NCBI GenBank assembly: GCA_003614675.1
Contig: ML002211.1
Coordinates: 1 to 64,000 of the forward strand
DNA: 64,000 bases
DNA from: Dimargaris cristalligena
Lineage: Eukaryota
Direction: 5' to 3'
Below the pieces are notes generated by a model. The model worked only from the letters and a program-made list of their open reading frames with translations. It was not told the origin of the DNA and searched no databases. Below are positions 59,719-64,000 of this stretch, piece by piece. Made by a program: the position numbers and the translations under genes. Numbering within the stretch: position 1 is the stretch's first letter; the number at the start of each line of letters is the position of its first letter.

Positions 59719-60123
59719 ATGTACATCATCAACTGCATTCCCGCTCTGTTGGCCCTGATTACCTGTTTTACCGGTATCGGCGCTTCTTTGCCCCAAGACC
59801 TCAGCCCCAACTCACTCGCATCCGCCCATCTTCACCGTCGCACCCCGATGATGGCCAGAATTGGCCAAGCCGCTAAAAGAGGAGGATCCGAAATCGCAAA
59901 GGAAGGAAGGCGAGTCTTCAAGCCACCAACCAATGTTCCTAAGCCGGACCCTAAGTCCGACAAAGCCGCCAAGAACACCATTGATACATTGAATACGGGG
60001 AAATCGTTACTCGATGGAGTCCCCAAAGATCAACCAAAGGCCTCTAGAATGCCATCAACCAGGCCCAACATTCCCAACACCATTGATGCAGGTAGGATGC
60101 GCGACGCTTTTAATAAGAAATAG
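59719..60123 (+). CDS. Small secreted protein (134 aa), signal peptide + Kex2-like LHRR site; candidate effector
   Basis: ATG in CCACCATG context, hydrophobic signal peptide MYIINCIPALLALITCFTGIGA, propeptide ending LHRR, basic Lys/Pro-rich mature part; TATAAATA at ~59569. Confidence 0.7.
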   Translation: MYIINCIPALLALITCFTGIGASLPQDLSPNSLASAHLHRRTPMMARIGQAAKRGGSEIAKEGRRVFKPPTNVPKPDPKSDKAAKNTIDTLNTGKSLLDGVPKDQPKASRMPSTRPNIPNTIDAGRMRDAFNKK

Positions 60124-61963
60124 AGAAGCGTGGCAATGGTGTTTGGCTGCTGCGCCATGTTCCGTATCCGGCCAATGGGGCTGTAATTTTCGCCCAAGGC
60201 CAAGAAACTGGGCTGAGCAATACTGGTTTAAGTTTCCTCCCATTACGCCAGACCCCGGGGGTCACCACTATTAGTTCGACAGTATATTTCTGTGGCCACA
60301 TTGGCTCGACTGGCCTCCTCGGCTCTTGTATTTGTCACCCGTGTCCACTCAAGGATTCTTCACACTGTCGAGCATTGCATTCTTGCTGGATTCTTATTTA
60401 CTTTCTAAATAAACTTCATACTCACCCTCGAAACTTTTCTTCTATAATGCTTCAAAGCGAGTAGTTGTTAAACACCATTCCTTCGAATAACAGATGTTCA
60501 TTCGCTTTATTATTTAGCTAGATATTTCATTGGCAGGGCTAATCTATCGTCGATTCAAAATGACTATTGTTTAAATGAAACGACTGGTATTGTAGGAGAT
60601 GCCCTAGTCTATGCTAAGACTGCTACACCTAGGAAAAAGATGCTCTGAGGTCACTTAAAACATGGTTGCAAGGTGCGCTTCGTAGATAACAATGAGCACC
60701 GATACCACCAGAGTAACAATATGCTAGCTAGTAATGGGGGTATCGAAATATCGCTAATTAGCGAAGGAATAGATACAGGAATGACCTGGGCTTTATTTAG
60801 CCGAGTAGGCTAAGGATATAAATTCGAGACTAGTGAAGAGGATATTGAACTATACACCACTTTAAGATATTGGTGAAACAGTACCATCCGGACTATTACA
60901 ACCGTGTCATTTGCCTTGCCTTGGTCGCTATCCGAATAATAGGCCTCGGTATGCTATACCCCCTTCTCTATGGCGATGTCCAAGACTATGCTCACCATTT
61001 AATTGCCTCCCCAGCCATTACTTGAAGACCATTTACACCAAGCTTTCACTGTTACCCTAAAGATTATTTGAGTTCTTATGTCGTCAACATTCCGGATACC
61101 TGGAGAAGGGGTGGGGTACCTTCAAGTGCCGTCCCCTTGTTTTAATCCTCCCCCAAAATTGCAACCAGTTATTTCTCGGACGGTTCTTCTTGTTTATCTC
61201 ATAAAACCCATTCCACATATACCCATGTACTACACACCACTAGAACGGCTGCCCTTGGTGATGGGACAAGTTCCGTCTAATCGAATTCAGCTTTTACAGT
61301 ACAAGGTGACTGGCAGCTGGAATATAAGCTATACCAGATCCAGCTAGCATGACAGACGACCGCCATTTAGCTGCAATGGGCTAAACTATATTATACGCGG
61401 GATAATAGATGTGTGAAGAGTTTTTAATCAGTCAAACCAGGGACCAGGCCGAGATTTTGTTAAATATTTAGATGTAAATTCTCTCATATTTAAATTGACT
61501 TTAGTATGCACCTTAACCATCAGGGAAACTGATACCTGCCGACATGTAGAGCACTTATTAGACTTGTATTATGGTAAAACTTCATGATTTTAGAAAGTGC
61601 CAAAACGGGCAAATTTTCATTAAAGGGATCAAAATTGTGAAAAAATATATATATAAAAAACACTGAGGTACATACAAGTAATCCCGCCCGCTCAGCCGGG
61701 TTCGCTTTTTGTATTATCTTTATTCTTTCTTTTTCTCGCTGTAGTTGCTCCTATTTTTCTTGGCCAAGAGAAACTAGCGCAAGAGGGCTTATGAGCACTG
61801 TGGATACTTCGTAAACTCGAGTCGCACCAACTGCTATTCGGCCAGCTGAAACGCACAGCCCACCCACTCATTCAAGCGTCCTCTCGCCCTATCCCCAATA
61901 CTCCCCAATCGGCCGCGCTCAATTGTGCAAATACCAACTTTTGCAAAAATAGATCGGTAGGCC

Positions 61964-63592
61964 ATGCGAAAAGCACTGCTTGTCTTGAACACTCCTGCTC
62001 TCAATCGATTCCTTCGCCCTACTACTTGTCGGTTATCCATCCCATTCCCCCGATCCAATACCACCTATCCACAGTTGACCCCCCAACCGCGAGGTCTATT
62101 GTTCATTCGCTTCTCAGGATCTCTACTGCCTCACATGTACACCATGTCAGACGAAGGACTGCCCGAATCGAAGCGACCCAAGCTGGCTGAAGCCGAGTCT
62201 GAGACTAAGGTTGACCAAAGCAAGACCGAGACTCCAGCTGCTCCCGCCGTCGCTGCTGCCACGCCCGCCACTACCACTCAGGCCCCTCCCCCCAAGAAAG
62301 ACAACCGTCCCCAATATGGCCGTAAAGGATACGCTAAACCCGTGGTGAGAGTACCCATTCCTCCCAAGGCGACCGCTGCCGGCGGCGAGAATGGCCAAAC
62401 GGAAGTGACCGAAGAAGGGGGGGAAGGTCCCTCCGGCAAACGGTTACCCAAACGACGGGTGGCTCTTCTGATGGGATTCTGTGGTACGGGCTACCACGGT
62501 ATGCAAGTCAACCCGGGCGCCAAGACCATCGAAAGTGAACTCTTCGGGGCGCTGGTGAAGGCCGGGGCCGTGTCATCCGACAATGCGGATAACATCCAGA
62601 AGATCGGGTTCGGCCGGGCCGCCCGGACCGACAAGGGGGTCCACGCGGCGGGCCAGGTCGTTTCGTTCAAGATGATCATCGAGGACCCGGAAATTGTGGC
62701 CAAAATCAACGAAGCCCTACCCCCGGCCATTCGCGTTTGGGGATTTGTGCGGACGCCCAACTCGTTCAACGCCAAAAACCTCTGCGGCTCCCGCATCTAC
62801 GAATACCTGCTACCCACCCATGTGTTCCTGCCGCCCCGGCCTAAACCGGACCAGGTGCCCGATATCAAAGAGGCCGGGCCTTTACGCAGTTCGCCCGCCG
62901 ATATGGCCCAACGCCGGGCTTACCGGATCGACACCGCCACGCTGACTTCGGTCCGGGAGGCCCTGCAGCAGTACGTGGGTACCCACAACTACTACAATTT
63001 CACCATCCAGAAGAAATTCAACGACCCCAGCGCCAAACGCGTCATCAAGTCGTTCGAATGCAGCGAACCCATGCTCCTCGCCGATGATACCGAATGGGTG
63101 AGTCTGAAAATTCACGGGCAGTCCTTCATGATGCACCAAATCCGGAAAATGGTAGCCCTGGTGATTCTCCTCGTTCGTTCGTCCCTACCCCTCGATTTGA
63201 TCCGCCGCTGCATGACCGCCGACCGGGTCAATATCCCCAAAGCCCCCAGTCTGGGCCTGCTATTGGACCAGGTCGTGTACGACGGCTTCAATAAACGGGC
63301 GGCCACCGAAGACCGACCCGTCATTAAATTCGACCCTTATCTCGCTGAGATTGAGGCGTTTAAGCGCCAGTACATCTACGAACCCCTGGTCCAGGAGGAA
63401 CTGCGCGACGATGTGTTTGATTCGTGGCTGTTGTTTTACGAGGCGTTCCCCGAATTCTTCCCATTCCTAAGTTCCGGAGGTACGGTTGTGGGCGAAGACA
63501 TGAAGCCCCGGTTCGCTCCGTCGGTAGAGGCCGCCGTGGCCGCAGGAATGGTGGCCGGTAATGGGTCGGACGCGGAAGCCGGGGATGATTAG
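61964..63592 (+). CDS. PUS1: tRNA pseudouridine synthase Pus1 (TruA family), with N-terminal extension
   Basis: KRRVALLMGFCGTGYHGMQ, catalytic AARTDKGVHA, SRIYEYLLP, GTHNYYNFT, GQSFMMHQIRKM, IPKAPSLGL. Confidence 0.95.
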   Translation: MRKALLVLNTPALNRFLRPTTCRLSIPFPRSNTTYPQLTPQPRGLLFIRFSGSLLPHMYTMSDEGLPESKRPKLAEAESETKVDQSKTETPAAPAVAAATPATTTQAPPPKKDNRPQYGRKGYAKPVVRVPIPPKATAAGGENGQTEVTEEGGEGPSGKRLPKRRVALLMGFCGTGYHGMQVNPGAKTIESELFGALVKAGAVSSDNADNIQKIGFGRAARTDKGVHAAGQVVSFKMIIEDPEIVAKINEALPPAIRVWGFVRTPNSFNAKNLCGSRIYEYLLPTHVFLPPRPKPDQVPDIKEAGPLRSSPADMAQRRAYRIDTATLTSVREALQQYVGTHNYYNFTIQKKFNDPSAKRVIKSFECSEPMLLADDTEWVSLKIHGQSFMMHQIRKMVALVILLVRSSLPLDLIRRCMTADRVNIPKAPSLGLLLDQVVYDGFNKRAATEDRPVIKFDPYLAEIEAFKRQYIYEPLVQEELRDDVFDSWLLFYEAFPEFFPFLSSGGTVVGEDMKPRFAPSVEAAVAAGMVAGNGSDAEAGDD

Positions 63593-64000
63593 TCCGCCCA
63601 ATACCCTATTTATCCGCTCACCCCTTTCCTACGATTCCTACATACGAACACGCACTGGTTATAAGTCCTGGGGTTAAGCAAGGGGGGGGGGTGGCTATTT
63701 TAAATCGAGGGGAACGCGATCATTCTACCTTTATTACCCCTCTACCTCCTCCCAGGTATACAGCCGAACAAGTTTGTGCAAATATATACTCACCATTTTC
63801 CCCTATTAATTACACTATAGACATACCTCCTTATCTTCCTCCTGCCCCCCTATTTCCCCCCTATCCTCCGTTGGCTTCCCACTTCTAATCCACTACATGT
63901 ATCTATCTATGTGTGCTAATCATACCAGTTGAACTGCGCACACGATGGGAATATCGGTGATCCCCAATGAGTGTCCAATTGGGTGATATATACCCCCCAC

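Noticed and set aside
1-64000. tRNA, rRNA, snRNA, TPP riboswitch or selenoprotein (in-frame UGA) candidates
   Set aside because: No convincing motif or cloverleaf found by eye; tRNAscan-SE/Infernal would be needed to exclude them.

Overview
Eukaryotic (fungal) genomic DNA with GT-AG spliceosomal introns, most consistent with an early-diverging fungus (inference from gene content and style; a Zoopagomycota such as Dimargaris is a guess, not established). Recognisable genes: 3' part of a fungal fatty-acid synthase (KS+PPT), AP-2 sigma subunit (4 exons), MSH2 (9 exons), Sfh1/Snf5-family chromatin remodeller subunit with a GATA finger, stand-alone MoaC, Drs2-type P4-ATPase, peroxisomal malate synthase and Pus1. 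Less ordinary content: (i) a 142-bp terminal-inverted-repeat (MITE-like) family with four full copies and one decayed copy; (ii) a probable GUG initiation codon in an optimal Kozak context for DRS2; (iii) a divergent AAG/MPG-fold DNA-glycosylase-like gene; (iv) a triple-HMG-box, polyQ/H transcription factor behind an ~11.6-kb gene-free region; (v) a P-loop kinase fused to an unrecognised His-rich domain; (vi) two paralogous LAPTM-like four-TM proteins with C-terminal PPPY motifs; (vii) a small secreted Kex2-type candidate effector. No rRNA, tRNA or CRISPR array could be supported.
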